From Sumerlaeia bacterium (GTDB taxonomy: Bacteria; Sumerlaeota; Sumerlaeia; SLMS01; JAHLLQ01): a DNA stretch of 64,000 nt. The translations under genes and the position numbers were made by a program. The stretch is taken from assembly GCA_040219255.1 (NCBI GenBank), contig JAVJSW010000060.1, forward strand, positions 64,001 through 128,000, in the 5' to 3' direction. Every line of letters starts with the position of its first letter. The first letter of the stretch is position 1. Below the pieces are notes generated by a model that saw nothing but the letters and a program-made list of their open reading frames with translations, was not told where the DNA came from and did not search any database. Positions 40,622 through 50,370 of the stretch are shown piece after piece.

Positions 40622-41083
40622 TTGAAAGACTTCTCCCGCATCACCCAGTCCTATACCATTGTTCGCCATGCCATGGAAGAAGAACGCGGCAGACTCCGGT
40701 CGGCGCGGGCGATCACCGCCCACGAGCGGTTGATGGATTTGAATGACCAAGCCTACTTCATCCTTCTCTTCGCGCAATTCGAAGACCGGGTCACGGAACT
40801 CTGTCTCAATCTCGTTCGGAAAAAGAAAGGCGCGAAAAGCTGGAAAACCAGGCGTCTGTGGGATCAATTTCCTACGGATCGGATCGAAAGCTTTCGAAGT
40901 GCCCTGCCCTTCCTACGCCGAGTCTCGCTCCTGATCGACAAAGGAACGCCGCACTACGCCGTAATCAAGAGTCTCTACGAAGACCGCAACCGGATCGCCC
41001 ACGGCGACACGACACTTGCGCGGCTCTATATTCCCAGCGTCGTCCTCCAAATCCAACGCCTCACCAAGGACCTCACCCCTTAG
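40622..41083 (+). CDS. HEPN domain protein (putative RNase)
   Basis: N-terminal helix with FE (FAQFEDRV) and R-x4-H motif RNRIAHG; TTG start assumed. Confidence 0.72.
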   Translation: MKDFSRITQSYTIVRHAMEEERGRLRSARAITAHERLMDLNDQAYFILLFAQFEDRVTELCLNLVRKKKGAKSWKTRRLWDQFPTDRIESFRSALPFLRRVSLLIDKGTPHYAVIKSLYEDRNRIAHGDTTLARLYIPSVVLQIQRLTKDLTP

Positions 41084-44060
41084 CCCGGGGCTTCGCCGCT
41101 TTCTTCGCGGCGGTTTTCTTGTCCGCCGGTTTCTTCGCGTCAGCCGTCTTCTTCGCCGCCGGCTTCAGCAACTCTTTCAGGAACCGCCCCGTTTCGCTTC
41201 GCTTGCAGGCCGCCACCGCCTCCGGCGGGCCCTCCGCCACGATTTCGCCGCCGCCTTCGCCGCCCTCCGGACCCAGGTCCAGCAGCCAATCGCAGCACTT
41301 CAGCACGTCCAGGTTGTGCTCGATCACCACCACCGTCGAGCCCGCGTCCACCAGCTTGTTCATCACCTCGACCAGCTTGCGCACGTCCTCGAAGTGCAGT
41401 CCCGTCGTGGGTTCGTCCAGAATGTAGAGCGTCTTGCCGGTGTTGCGTTTCGCCAACTCGCGCGAGAGCTTGATGCGTTGCGCCTCGCCGCCCGAAAGCG
41501 TCGTCGCCTGCTGCCCCAGCGTGATGTAGCCGAGGCCCACGTCCTGAATTGTCCGGAGTTTCGTCGCGATCGACGGCACCGGCGCGAAGAATTCCACGCC
41601 TTCGTCGATGGTCATTTCCAGCACGTCGGCGATGGTCTTGCCGCGATAGAGAATGTCGAGCGTTTCGCGGTTGTAGCGCTTGCCGCCGCAGACCTCGCAT
41701 TCGACGTACACGTCCGGCAGGAACCCCATCTCGATGCGTTTCAGGCCCGCGCCGCCGCATTCTTCGCAGCGCCCGCCCTTGGCGTTGAAGCTGAAGCGCC
41801 CCTTCGCATAGCCGCGCATGCGGGCCTCCGGCGTCTGCGCGAACAGATCGCGGACGGCGTCGAAGACCTTCGTGTAGGTCGCCGGGTTGCTGCGGGGTGT
41901 GCGGCCGATGGGGGCCTGATCCACGTTGATGACTTTGTCCAGGTGCTCCAGCCCCTCGATGGCGGCATGATCACCAATGCCTCGGCGGCTGCGATAGACG
42001 TGGTTCATCAACGCCGGAAAGAGCGTTTCGATCACCAAGCTCGATTTGCCCGAACCGCTGACCCCCGACACGCCGACCAGCACGCCCAAGGGAAAATCGG
42101 CGTCCACGCCCTTGAGATTGTGCAGCTTGGCCCCGCGAATTGTCAGGCTCCGCTTTGGGTCGATAGGGCGGCGCTCCTCGGGCACCGGGATGGATCGCTT
42201 GCCGCTCAGGTAATCGCCGGTCAGCGAGCCCGCCGCTTTCTCCAGGTCCGCCGGCGTCCCCACCGCCACCAGCTCGCCGCCGTGGGCCCCGGCCCCCGGA
42301 CCCAGATCGACCACGAAGTCGGCGGCGCGGATGGTCGCTTCGTCGTGCTCGACCACGACCACCGTGTTGCCCATCTCGCGCAGGCCCTCCAGCGTCGCGA
42401 TCAGGCGCTCGTTGTCGCGTTGGTGCAGACCAATGCTCGGTTCGTCCAGAATGTAGAGCACCCCCTTGAGGCGGCTGCCGATCTGCGTTGCCAGGCGGAT
42501 GCGCTGCGCCTCGCCGCCTGACAACGTCCCCGCATGGCGGTTCAGCGTCAGGTAGCTGAGCCCCACATTGAGCAAGAACCCCAACCGGTCGCGCACTTCC
42601 TTCAGCGGTTGCTGGGCGATGTATTCCTGCCGCTCGGTCAGTTTCAGGTCCCGGAACAGCACCGCCGCGTCGCTCACCGGCAGATTGCAGCAGTCCCCGA
42701 TGTGGCGGCCGTTGATGCGCACGGCGAGGCTCTCGGGTTTGAGCCGATGGCCGTGGCACTGGGGACAGGTCACATTGCGCAGATACTCTTCCAGGTCCTC
42801 GCGGTTTTCCTCGTCGTCTTCCTTGAGAATTTGATCGCGGATGCGCGTGATCAGCCCCCGGTACGGCACCGAGTGGTTCAGTGTACCGCTGCGCCGCGTG
42901 GGCATTTTGACCGTCACTTTCTCCTCGCCGAGGCCGCTCAGCAGCGTGTCGCGGACCTTATTCGGCAGGTCCTGCCACGGCGTTTCCAGGCTGAATTTCA
43001 GCTTCTTCTCCAACGCCCGCAGCATCTGGTATGTCCAGTTGTACATGGGATCCTTAGGGCGGTCTCTCTCGTCGAAGAACAGCTTGCGCCACGGTTCGAC
43101 GGCGCCCTCGGGGATGGAGAGTTCGGGCCGGGGCACGAGGGCGTCCATGTCCACCTCGGGCACGACGCCCAGGCCATGGCACTGCTCGCACCAGCCATAG
43201 GGCGAGTTGAAGGAAAACATCCTCGGCGCCAGTTCCACGATCTGGGGGCCGTGTTCCAGACAGGCCAGCGCCTGGCTGAACATGCGCTCGCCTTCCCAGG
43301 CCACGCCCTTCGGATAGGCGCCTTCGCCGTCCGGCACCGTTTCCAGAATCACCAGCCCGTCGGCCTTATCCAGCGCCTTCTCGATCCCCTCCAGGATTCG
43401 GGCGGGCAGCGCGTCGTCGCCCCGGCGCACAATGACACGGTCGACCATGATCGAGATGTCGTGCTTCATCGACCGCTTCAGGCGCATCGTGGGATCCAGC
43501 TCCACCACCTCGCCGTCCACCTTGGCGCGCACAAAGCCTTCCTTCAGCGCCTGCTGGAACAACGCCTGGTACTCGCCCTTCCGGCCGCGCACGATGGGGG
43601 CGAGGATGTGAAGCCGCGTCTTTTCCGGCAGCGCCAGGATCGTATCGGTCATGTCCTCGGCGCTTTGCTTGTCCAGCGGCCGGTCGCAAACCGGACAATG
43701 GGGTTGGCCGATGGTGGCGTAACACAGCCGCAGGTAATCGTAGATTTCCGTCACCGTCCCCACCGTCGAGCGCGGGTTGCGGGCCACGGTCTTTTGCTCG
43801 ATGGAAATGGCCGGAGAAAGCCCCTCGATGTGCTCGACGTGGGGCTTGGGCATCTGGTCCAGGAACTGGCGGGCGTAGCTCGACAGCGACTCGATGTAGC
43901 GGCGCTGGCCCTCGGCGTAGATCGTGTCGAACGCCAACGACGACTTGCCGCTGCCGCTCAGCCCCGTCACCACCGTCAGGCTGTTGCGGGGGATGCTGAC
44001 GTCAAAGCCTTTGAGGTTGTGCTCGGCGGCGCCGTAGATGCGCAGGTGAGAGGGGGGCAT
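41073..44060 (-). CDS. uvrA: excinuclease ABC subunit A
   Basis: Two Walker A motifs ([18 protein letters not shown]), LSGGEAQR twice, zinc fingers. Confidence 0.98.
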   Translation of the reverse strand: MPPSHLRIYGAAEHNLKGFDVSIPRNSLTVVTGLSGSGKSSLAFDTIYAEGQRRYIESLSSYARQFLDQMPKPHVEHIEGLSPAISIEQKTVARNPRSTVGTVTEIYDYLRLCYATIGQPHCPVCDRPLDKQSAEDMTDTILALPEKTRLHILAPIVRGRKGEYQALFQQALKEGFVRAKVDGEVVELDPTMRLKRSMKHDISIMVDRVIVRRGDDALPARILEGIEKALDKADGLVILETVPDGEGAYPKGVAWEGERMFSQALACLEHGPQIVELAPRMFSFNSPYGWCEQCHGLGVVPEVDMDALVPRPELSIPEGAVEPWRKLFFDERDRPKDPMYNWTYQMLRALEKKLKFSLETPWQDLPNKVRDTLLSGLGEEKVTVKMPTRRSGTLNHSVPYRGLITRIRDQILKEDDEENREDLEEYLRNVTCPQCHGHRLKPESLAVRINGRHIGDCCNLPVSDAAVLFRDLKLTERQEYIAQQPLKEVRDRLGFLLNVGLSYLTLNRHAGTLSGGEAQRIRLATQIGSRLKGVLYILDEPSIGLHQRDNERLIATLEGLREMGNTVVVVEHDEATIRAADFVVDLGPGAGAHGGELVAVGTPADLEKAAGSLTGDYLSGKRSIPVPEERRPIDPKRSLTIRGAKLHNLKGVDADFPLGVLVGVSGVSGSGKSSLVIETLFPALMNHVYRSRRGIGDHAAIEGLEHLDKVINVDQAPIGRTPRSNPATYTKVFDAVRDLFAQTPEARMRGYAKGRFSFNAKGGRCEECGGAGLKRIEMGFLPDVYVECEVCGGKRYNRETLDILYRGKTIADVLEMTIDEGVEFFAPVPSIATKLRTIQDVGLGYITLGQQATTLSGGEAQRIKLSRELAKRNTGKTLYILDEPTTGLHFEDVRKLVEVMNKLVDAGSTVVVIEHNLDVLKCCDWLLDLGPEGGEGGGEIVAEGPPEAVAACKRSETGRFLKELLKPAAKKTADAKKPADKKTAAKKAAKPRAKG

Positions 44061-44437
44061 GGGGTGATCGGATCCGGGGGCGAAATCTCAGCGAAAGTGA
44101 AGAGCAAAATCCCCGCCAACCGCCGAGCGGTCAAGCCGAAGAAAAAACCGCGCCGGGGAGATGGATTCTAACGCGGAGCAGCAAAAAGCGGGGATGGGGC
44201 GGCGAGAGTTGGCGTGTGTGAATGCGACGAAAAGGGCCAAGGCGGTCTGCCGCCGCGGGCGTGCTGGCGGCGTGAAACGACTGCACCACCTCGCCGTGTC
44301 ATCCCCTTCTCAGTCCATGGATGTGTGGATTTCGCTATCGCGAGCGATCCTTTTGGCGGCGGGAAGCGTATTTCTTGCCGAGCCGATTTGTGCGGGCGAG
44401 AAGTTCGAAAAAACGCCGACAGGAAGGGCTCGGGAGT

Positions 44438-44977
44438 TCAGGAAAGACCCGTGCCGCCGGAACTGAGCTTGGGTTTGGCCTTGAGATTTGCCGAAGTCTG
44501 GGTCGCAGGCTTTGGTCCAAAGACCGGCTTCTCGTTGGGCGACTCATAGATCGGATATCGTTCCAGGCGGATCCGGAATTCGAGTCGCTGCAGCGGGGTC
44601 CAGTCTTCGGCTTCAGCGGCGGTCGGATAGAGGTCCTGAATGAGGGGGACGATTTCTTGGAGTTGGCGCTGTTTCAATGCTCTGTCCCTTTGATGCTTAC
44701 TTAAAAGGTAAGAAACACCAATAGTACAAGCCACCCATATCCCCCCGTAGTATAAGACAAAGTACATCGTAGAACTTGTACTGATCACTCGACTCAAGAC
44801 CGAATAGACGAAAAGCCCAACGAAGATCAGGGCAACCAGAAGAATTCCACACCGAAAAACAAATCGCGTACGCAACTCATTGATGGAATCATGGATCGAG
44901 TCCGCTAAGTCCAAGAGATGTCGCAGTTGCATGTAGAGGCTTTCAGTATTGGGCGAAATATCATTGGCATTCATCAT
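44438..44977 (-). CDS. two-transmembrane-helix protein
   Basis: Helical N-terminus, two TM segments (GILLVALIFVGLFVYSVL; MYFVLYYGGIWVACTIGVSYLL), soluble C-terminus; low GC; ATGA-coupled to the GTPase gene. Confidence 0.75.
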   Translation of the reverse strand: MMNANDISPNTESLYMQLRHLLDLADSIHDSINELRTRFVFRCGILLVALIFVGLFVYSVLSRVISTSSTMYFVLYYGGIWVACTIGVSYLLSKHQRDRALKQRQLQEIVPLIQDLYPTAAEAEDWTPLQRLEFRIRLERYPIYESPNEKPVFGPKPATQTSANLKAKPKLSSGGTGLS

Positions 44978-45831
44978 GATTTTGCAACCTCTCCGATAAA
45001 CTTGACAAGTGTTATAAGCGAGCTATGCTGGTCATATCCGTGATCGGACTCGACAACTTCGCCTCTCCATTCGAAGGACTCATGCAGTGAGCAAACGATG
45101 CCGACGTCTATCGACAGGTTCTGCGTCCCAACTTTCCTCAGCAGGTCACCAGCCGCCACAGCAAAAGGGGAACTTCCATCGGGATGATAGGTCTCCAGCG
45201 CCTCCCGGGCGCTGCCGGAATAGAGATCGGCTTTTGTCGCAAGAATCAGCAGCCATTTGGGCTTTCGCTTCCGGCGATTGCTCATAGCAATCCTCTCACA
45301 GAGCGCCCGGAAATCGGCTACCTCCTTTTCCAAGTTGTCCCTCCGAAGAGCTTCGATGGTATCGATGCCCCGTCTGAAAAGAGCATCTTGTCCGACCAAG
45401 TCCCACGGTTTCTGAAACCCATTAGGAACAACATGAATCACCCCCTCGACCGGGTCCTTGCCATCTAGGTACTGATCGAGCGCCCGCGAGCGGCTTTCCG
45501 AGTCTTGGCCCGGAATGATAATTAGGCGTGACTTGCTCTTCTGCGCCTTATCCCGAAATGACTTCTTATCGACAATCAAGGACTTGGATGGCTTTTCGTA
45601 CCCGGCTTCCGAAGCCAAGCCCGTCAACGCATCCACCATCACAGACTTTCCCGCGCCGGAAATCCCGGTCACGGCGATCGGTGGACCAACGAAGAGTTTC
45701 GTCGCCCATCGCTGGACCGACTCCCGATTCTTAATCGCTTCTTTCGTCAGTTCAAACCACACGATTGGCTTACGTCCTCCGACAACCCCCATTTTCCTCA
45801 CGCGTCCCAGACTGGCAAGCGAAAGCGCCAT
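44974..45831 (-). CDS. TRAFAC-class GTPase-like protein
   Basis: G1 GISGAGKS, G3-like IIPGQ, G4 ATKAD, G5-like CSL; start uncertain. Confidence 0.75.
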   Translation of the reverse strand: MALSLASLGRVRKMGVVGGRKPIVWFELTKEAIKNRESVQRWATKLFVGPPIAVTGISGAGKSVMVDALTGLASEAGYEKPSKSLIVDKKSFRDKAQKSKSRLIIIPGQDSESRSRALDQYLDGKDPVEGVIHVVPNGFQKPWDLVGQDALFRRGIDTIEALRRDNLEKEVADFRALCERIAMSNRRKRKPKWLLILATKADLYSGSAREALETYHPDGSSPFAVAAGDLLRKVGTQNLSIDVGIVCSLHESFEWRGEVVESDHGYDQHSSLITLVKFIGEVAKS

Positions 45832-45880
45832 CCCGCGCCAGTCACCCCCTTTGCGTTAGTATCAAACACGAGGAATCAGG

Positions 45881-47389
45881 TCAGGCGTCCTGTACCTTGC
45901 CGTCCGCCCCCCGGCCGAACGCCCACCGGAACGCCTTCTCGACCATCGGCGTCAGCTTCGTTCTCCGGTACTCGTCGCCCAGTTTCCGCACCATTTCGGC
46001 CAGCGTCGGGTAGGGCAGGACCAGCCCCGCCATGGCATCCAGGCCGAGGCCGTTTTTCTTGGCTAAGGCAAACGGTGCCAGCAGTTCGCCCGCGCCGGGA
46101 GCGACGATGGTGACGCCGAGGATTTCGCCCGAACCCCGGCGCGTCAGGACCTTCGCGAAGCCCTCGGTGGCGCCTTCCGTGACAGCCCGGTCCAGATGGG
46201 CCAATTCAACCCGGTAGGTGTCGTAATCGAGCCCCCGGCTCTGGGCCATCTGCTCCGTCAGGGCGAGCGTCGCGACCTCTGGATCGGTGTAGGTACACCA
46301 GGGCACGTTGTCGTGGTCGGCGCTGGCCAGCAGCAAATTGCCGAGGCCGGTGGGGAAACTGCGTTTCAGGATGTTTTCCACCACGACGCGGGCCTGATGA
46401 TCGGCCATGTGGGTAAAGCGGAACGGCCCCGCCGCGTCGCCCGCCGCGAAGATATGGGGCACGGTGGTTTGCAGATGGGAATTGAGTTTCAAATGCCCCC
46501 CTTCATCCGTCTCGACCCCCGCCTTCTCCAGAACCAGCGGAGAGAAATCGCTTCGCCGCCCCGCCGCCACCAGAACCGTGTCCACGTCGTATTGCTTTTC
46601 ATGCCCGTCCTCGTCGTAAATCAGCGTGATGGCCTCGCCGCGCCGTTCCGCCCGCCGCACTTCGCAGCCGGTCTTGAGCGTGACCCCTTCGCGCTCGAGA
46701 ACCCGCTCGAGCAAGGCGGACGTTTCCTCATCCTCTTTCGAGAGCAGACGCGGCCCGTGCTCGAAAATCGTGACGACGGCCTTGAGGCGCGCGAAGGCCT
46801 GGCCCAGTTCGCAGCCGATGGGGCCGCCGCCCAAAACCGCCAGCCGGCGCGGGTGTTCCTGCATATCGTCGAAGATGGTTTCGTTGGTGAAGTAACCCGC
46901 CTCGGCGAGGCCCTCGATTGGCGGCGCGGCCGGTGCCGAACCGGCGGAGATGACGATGTGCTCGGCCTTCAGGGTTTCCAGCAACTCGCCGTCCAGGCCA
47001 ACAACCTCCACCTCGTGCGGCGATGTGAAGCGAGCGGCGCCCCGGAAGACGTCGACTCCCAGCGACTCGAATCGTTCCTGGCTGTCGTTGGGTGCGATAC
47101 GGGCGCGGCGGGCGCGCATGCTGTCCATCACCTCGTGAAAGTTCCAGTCGGGCTCGTGGTCCCGCAGGCCAACCCGGTGGGCGTCGCGCTGGGCCTGCAT
47201 CAGGCGGGCCGAGGCGATGAGGGATTTGCTGGGAACGCAGCCGGTATTCAGGCAGTCGCCGCCCATGGGGCCTTTCTCGATCAGCGCGACGCGCCCGCCG
47301 AGACCGGCCGTTCCCGCCGCGGTCACCAGACCGGCGGATCCGGCTCCGATCACCACCACATTGTAGGTTCCTTGACCTTTGCTCGTCAT
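45881..47389 (-). CDS. pyridine nucleotide-disulfide oxidoreductase (Lpd/MerA-like family)
   Basis: VIGAGSAG, GGDCLNTGCVPSK, VLGGGPIGCE, AAGD, YPTLAE; lacks the MerA C-terminal CC pair. Confidence 0.9.
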   Translation of the reverse strand: MTSKGQGTYNVVVIGAGSAGLVTAAGTAGLGGRVALIEKGPMGGDCLNTGCVPSKSLIASARLMQAQRDAHRVGLRDHEPDWNFHEVMDSMRARRARIAPNDSQERFESLGVDVFRGAARFTSPHEVEVVGLDGELLETLKAEHIVISAGSAPAAPPIEGLAEAGYFTNETIFDDMQEHPRRLAVLGGGPIGCELGQAFARLKAVVTIFEHGPRLLSKEDEETSALLERVLEREGVTLKTGCEVRRAERRGEAITLIYDEDGHEKQYDVDTVLVAAGRRSDFSPLVLEKAGVETDEGGHLKLNSHLQTTVPHIFAAGDAAGPFRFTHMADHQARVVVENILKRSFPTGLGNLLLASADHDNVPWCTYTDPEVATLALTEQMAQSRGLDYDTYRVELAHLDRAVTEGATEGFAKVLTRRGSGEILGVTIVAPGAGELLAPFALAKKNGLGLDAMAGLVLPYPTLAEMVRKLGDEYRRTKLTPMVEKAFRWAFGRGADGKVQDA

Positions 47390-47620
47390 GGACGCGATTC
47401 TCCTGGGAAAAATGGGATCGGGGGCCGTGGGGGACGACCCAAAGAGGTAGCGAATTCCGCGGCAAAACGCTCGGAAAATCCACGTCCTAATGCTCCAAAA
47501 GCGAAAACCGGTTGCTTCGCATGGCTTTTCGGCCCATGACTGGCTTGGCATTCTCATGAGTCCCCGGTAGCGGGACGCCATGTGCCATAGACGTTTTTTT
47601 GACCTGGGAGCCATAGAACG

Positions 47621-47968
47621 ATGGAAGTCGAACGCATGAACCGAGACGAGTGCGACATTCTGCGCCTCAAGGGCCGCCTCGATCTGGCCGGAGCGGAAGC
47701 CATCGAGGGCTTCTTCAAGGAGTACCGCATGGAGCCCATGCAGGGGCGCCGCGTGATCGTCAACTTCGCCGAGGTTCCCTACATCAGCTCGAGCGGCCTG
47801 CGGGTCCTCGTCTCCGCCCTCAACGACGTCAAGGAACAGGGCGGCGAAATGGTTCTGTGCGAAATGAACGTGGGGGTCGAGGAAGTGTTCGAGTTCTCAG
47901 GCTTGAACGACGTCTTCAAGATCTACCGGGAAGAGGACGACGCCCTCCAGGCGGTCAGCGCCCCTTGA
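47621..47968 (+). CDS. anti-sigma factor antagonist (STAS, RsbV/SpoIIAA)
   Basis: LKGRLD, VPYISSSGLRVL (phospho-Ser), VFEFSGL. Confidence 0.9.
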   Translation: MEVERMNRDECDILRLKGRLDLAGAEAIEGFFKEYRMEPMQGRRVIVNFAEVPYISSSGLRVLVSALNDVKEQGGEMVLCEMNVGVEEVFEFSGLNDVFKIYREEDDALQAVSAP

Positions 47969-48032
47969 GCGGCGAGCGCGACCTTCCCGGCTCTTCACCC
48001 CCACCTCAGCACTCCCAGGAGACGACCCCGAG

Positions 48033-48506
48033 ATGACGAATTTGATGCCGAACTCGCAAGCCGATCTCTGTCTCTCCCTGCGCGCCGACCCCAAGTTGGT
48101 CGTCATCGCCTGCAAAGCGGTGCGCAATCTGGCGGAAATCCATGGCATGAACGAACGCGATTGCTATCGGCTGGAACTCGCCACAGACGAGGTCTGCTCC
48201 AACGCCATCACCCACGCCTGCGAACGCGACGAACATCGCAACTACCGTCTGGAAGCCGCCTACGATGAAGTGGACGACTCCATCGTCGTTTGGGTTTACG
48301 ACCGGGGTGAAGGCTTCGACATCGAGCGCGTCAAGGAAGTCAAGGAACTGCCCAAACCCCCCAACTGCCCCGTCGGCGGCCTGGGGCTCCATCTCGTCCG
48401 CAAAGTCACCGACGACATCGATTACCTCTGTGGCAAGAACGGCGAGAACTGCCTGATCTTCCGCAAACGCGTCATCCCCGAGCCGAAATTGGCGGCGGAA
48501 GCGTAG
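48033..48506 (+). CDS. anti-sigma factor Ser/Thr kinase (RsbW/SpoIIAB)
   Basis: LATDEVCSNAITHA, DRGEGFD, GGLGLHLVRK..D. Confidence 0.88.
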   Translation: MTNLMPNSQADLCLSLRADPKLVVIACKAVRNLAEIHGMNERDCYRLELATDEVCSNAITHACERDEHRNYRLEAAYDEVDDSIVVWVYDRGEGFDIERVKEVKELPKPPNCPVGGLGLHLVRKVTDDIDYLCGKNGENCLIFRKRVIPEPKLAAEA

Positions 48507-48616
48507 GTGGGGCCCACAGGCAAGAGTGCCCGTGCTGCATCGGGTGGTTCCCGATTCGCCGGGTCTCGGCGGATGGCGCGGAGAAAAGGGTTTTGTCTTC
48601 GCCGGAAAGCGGCGCC

Positions 48617-48645
48617 GGTCACGGGCGGGACGCCCGTGCTACCTT
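48617..48645. repeat. REP-like palindrome, identical to 12924-12952
   Basis: Exact 29-bp match; contains the radC stop codon. Confidence 0.8.
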
Positions 48646-50129
48646 AAGACCCCCTCGTCCGCGAAGCTGAAAAAACGCCCGTTCGTTCCGATAATCACGT
48701 GGTCCAGGACCTTGACGCCCATCAGGTCGCCCACTTCCACAAGGCGCTTGGTCACCGTGTGATCGTCGCGGCTGGGGGCGGGGTCGCCGCTGGGGTGGTT
48801 GTGCACGAAGATGACCGCGTAGGCGGCGTCGCGGATGGCTTCGGTAAAGGCCTCGCGCGGGTGGACGAGGCTCTGGTTCAGCGTCCCCCGCGTCACCAGC
48901 ACGGTGCGCAGAACCTCGTTCTTCGTGTTCAGCAGAACCGCGTGGAATTCCTCCTGGCGCGCGCCGACGAAGCGGGGCCCCAGCAGATCCGCCACCATGC
49001 GCGCCCCCCGCACCGAACCCGGTTGCTCCTTGCCGGGGGCCTCCTTGAACCGCCGGGCAAGTTCGAAGGCGGCTTTCAAGGTTACGGCCTTGACGCGCCC
49101 CATGCCCGGCAGGCGCGTCAGCTCCGCCACCGACATCGCCGCCAGCCGGTCCAGCGTCCCCGCCTTGGCCAGAAGCCGCCGCGCCAGTTGCAGCGCGTTC
49201 TCCTGGCCCGAGCCGGTCCGCAGCAGAATCGCCACCAGTTCATCTTCGCCGAGGCGGTCTGCCCCTTCGCGCTCCAGCTTCTCGCGGGGCCGGTCCGCTT
49301 CCCGCATCGAAGCGGCCAGGGTTTGGCTCCCCGGTTGGCTGCGGGCGCCGCTGGCTCCGTTGAGGCGATAGTAAAGGCATTGAGCCGTCACGGGGCACTT
49401 GCCGCAGACCGGTTGCGCCAGGCACCGCGCCGCGTCGCGCGTGTCCTTGCCGTTCCCGCCCGTGAAGGTCCCGAGCACCACGTTGATTTCGCCCAGGGGA
49501 GCCTGGGCGTCGCGGGCCAGCTTCTCCATCGCCGCCAGCGCCGCCGCCCGGGCCTGGCGGGTGCCGCTGGCGCTGTCGATCCATCCCATCCGCATCAGGA
49601 ATCGTTGCCGCCCGGCGTCCGGCACTGCCACCGGATAGCCCACCGCCGCCAGCCACCGGTGCGCCCGCAGGCCATCGAGCGCCGGGGCCTGCCGCGCGAC
49701 AAGAGCCACGGCGGCCTGGGGTCCGGAGATGTTGCCGAGGAGGTCTTGGAGGCTGCCGCTTTCGAGCCACCGGAGCGTCTTGAGGAGTTGCTGGCGCTGG
49801 CGGTCGCGCAGGATCACGGGGCCTTCATCGGCTCCCGATTCCCGCACCAGGCCCGGGTCCAGCTCGGCCAGTAGCTCCATCAGCACGCCCCGAGTCCGGC
49901 GCCGCAGCGCCGCGTTTTCCAGCGGCTGATCCAGTGCCACCATCACCGCCAGCAACTCCGCCAGCCGCGCCGGCACCTCGCGCCAGGCCTCGCGCCGCGC
50001 GTCTTGAACGTGGGTCGTCAACAGCGGGGCCGCCTCGACCGTCGCGGCCTTGAGCGTTTCCCACAAATCGAGGCGCGAGTATGGATCCCCCACGTCGGTT
50101 ATGCGACTCCATTGGCAATTGGATTCCAA
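48639..50129 (-). CDS. radC: RadC (JAB/MPN) protein with N-terminal HhH-GPD/endonuclease III-like extension
   Basis: RPREKL, ELVAILLRTG, HhH LPGMGRVKA, VHPRE, HNHPSGD..PS.DD, LDHVIIG; N-terminal VPD..R.L.R.G and C-x5-C-x2-C-x5-C; start uncertain. Confidence 0.9.
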   Translation of the reverse strand: MESNCQWSRITDVGDPYSRLDLWETLKAATVEAAPLLTTHVQDARREAWREVPARLAELLAVMVALDQPLENAALRRRTRGVLMELLAELDPGLVRESGADEGPVILRDRQRQQLLKTLRWLESGSLQDLLGNISGPQAAVALVARQAPALDGLRAHRWLAAVGYPVAVPDAGRQRFLMRMGWIDSASGTRQARAAALAAMEKLARDAQAPLGEINVVLGTFTGGNGKDTRDAARCLAQPVCGKCPVTAQCLYYRLNGASGARSQPGSQTLAASMREADRPREKLEREGADRLGEDELVAILLRTGSGQENALQLARRLLAKAGTLDRLAAMSVAELTRLPGMGRVKAVTLKAAFELARRFKEAPGKEQPGSVRGARMVADLLGPRFVGARQEEFHAVLLNTKNEVLRTVLVTRGTLNQSLVHPREAFTEAIRDAAYAVIFVHNHPSGDPAPSRDDHTVTKRLVEVGDLMGVKVLDHVIIGTNGRFFSFADEGVLR

Positions 50130-50370
50130 AGGCCCATCGGAACAGGCCGAAGACGACCTCCCGTTTACGAAAGACGAACGTCAGGGGGAAGGAAAAATCA
50201 TGGAAAAATCGCGGGTTTCCCGCTTCCTCATCACACCGGACATTGTGCCCTTGAAGCCCTTTTCCCCAAGGGCCGCGAAACCTGCCGCCCTTCCCGGCAT
50301 TGGGTGAAATCCCAGGGCCCAGGGGGTCAGGCCCGATTCCGGAAAGGAATTCGCGCCGGACGGCTTCGCC

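Noticed and set aside
45881-47389. Call as mercuric reductase merA or as lpdA
   Set aside because: No C-terminal CC, no NmerA domain and no mer operon; the HPT His of Lpd is replaced (YPT)
50240-50345. FMN riboswitch-like GGGTGAAATCCC
   Set aside because: Other RFN conserved blocks are missing and no riboflavin gene is nearby; more likely a decayed palindromic repeat
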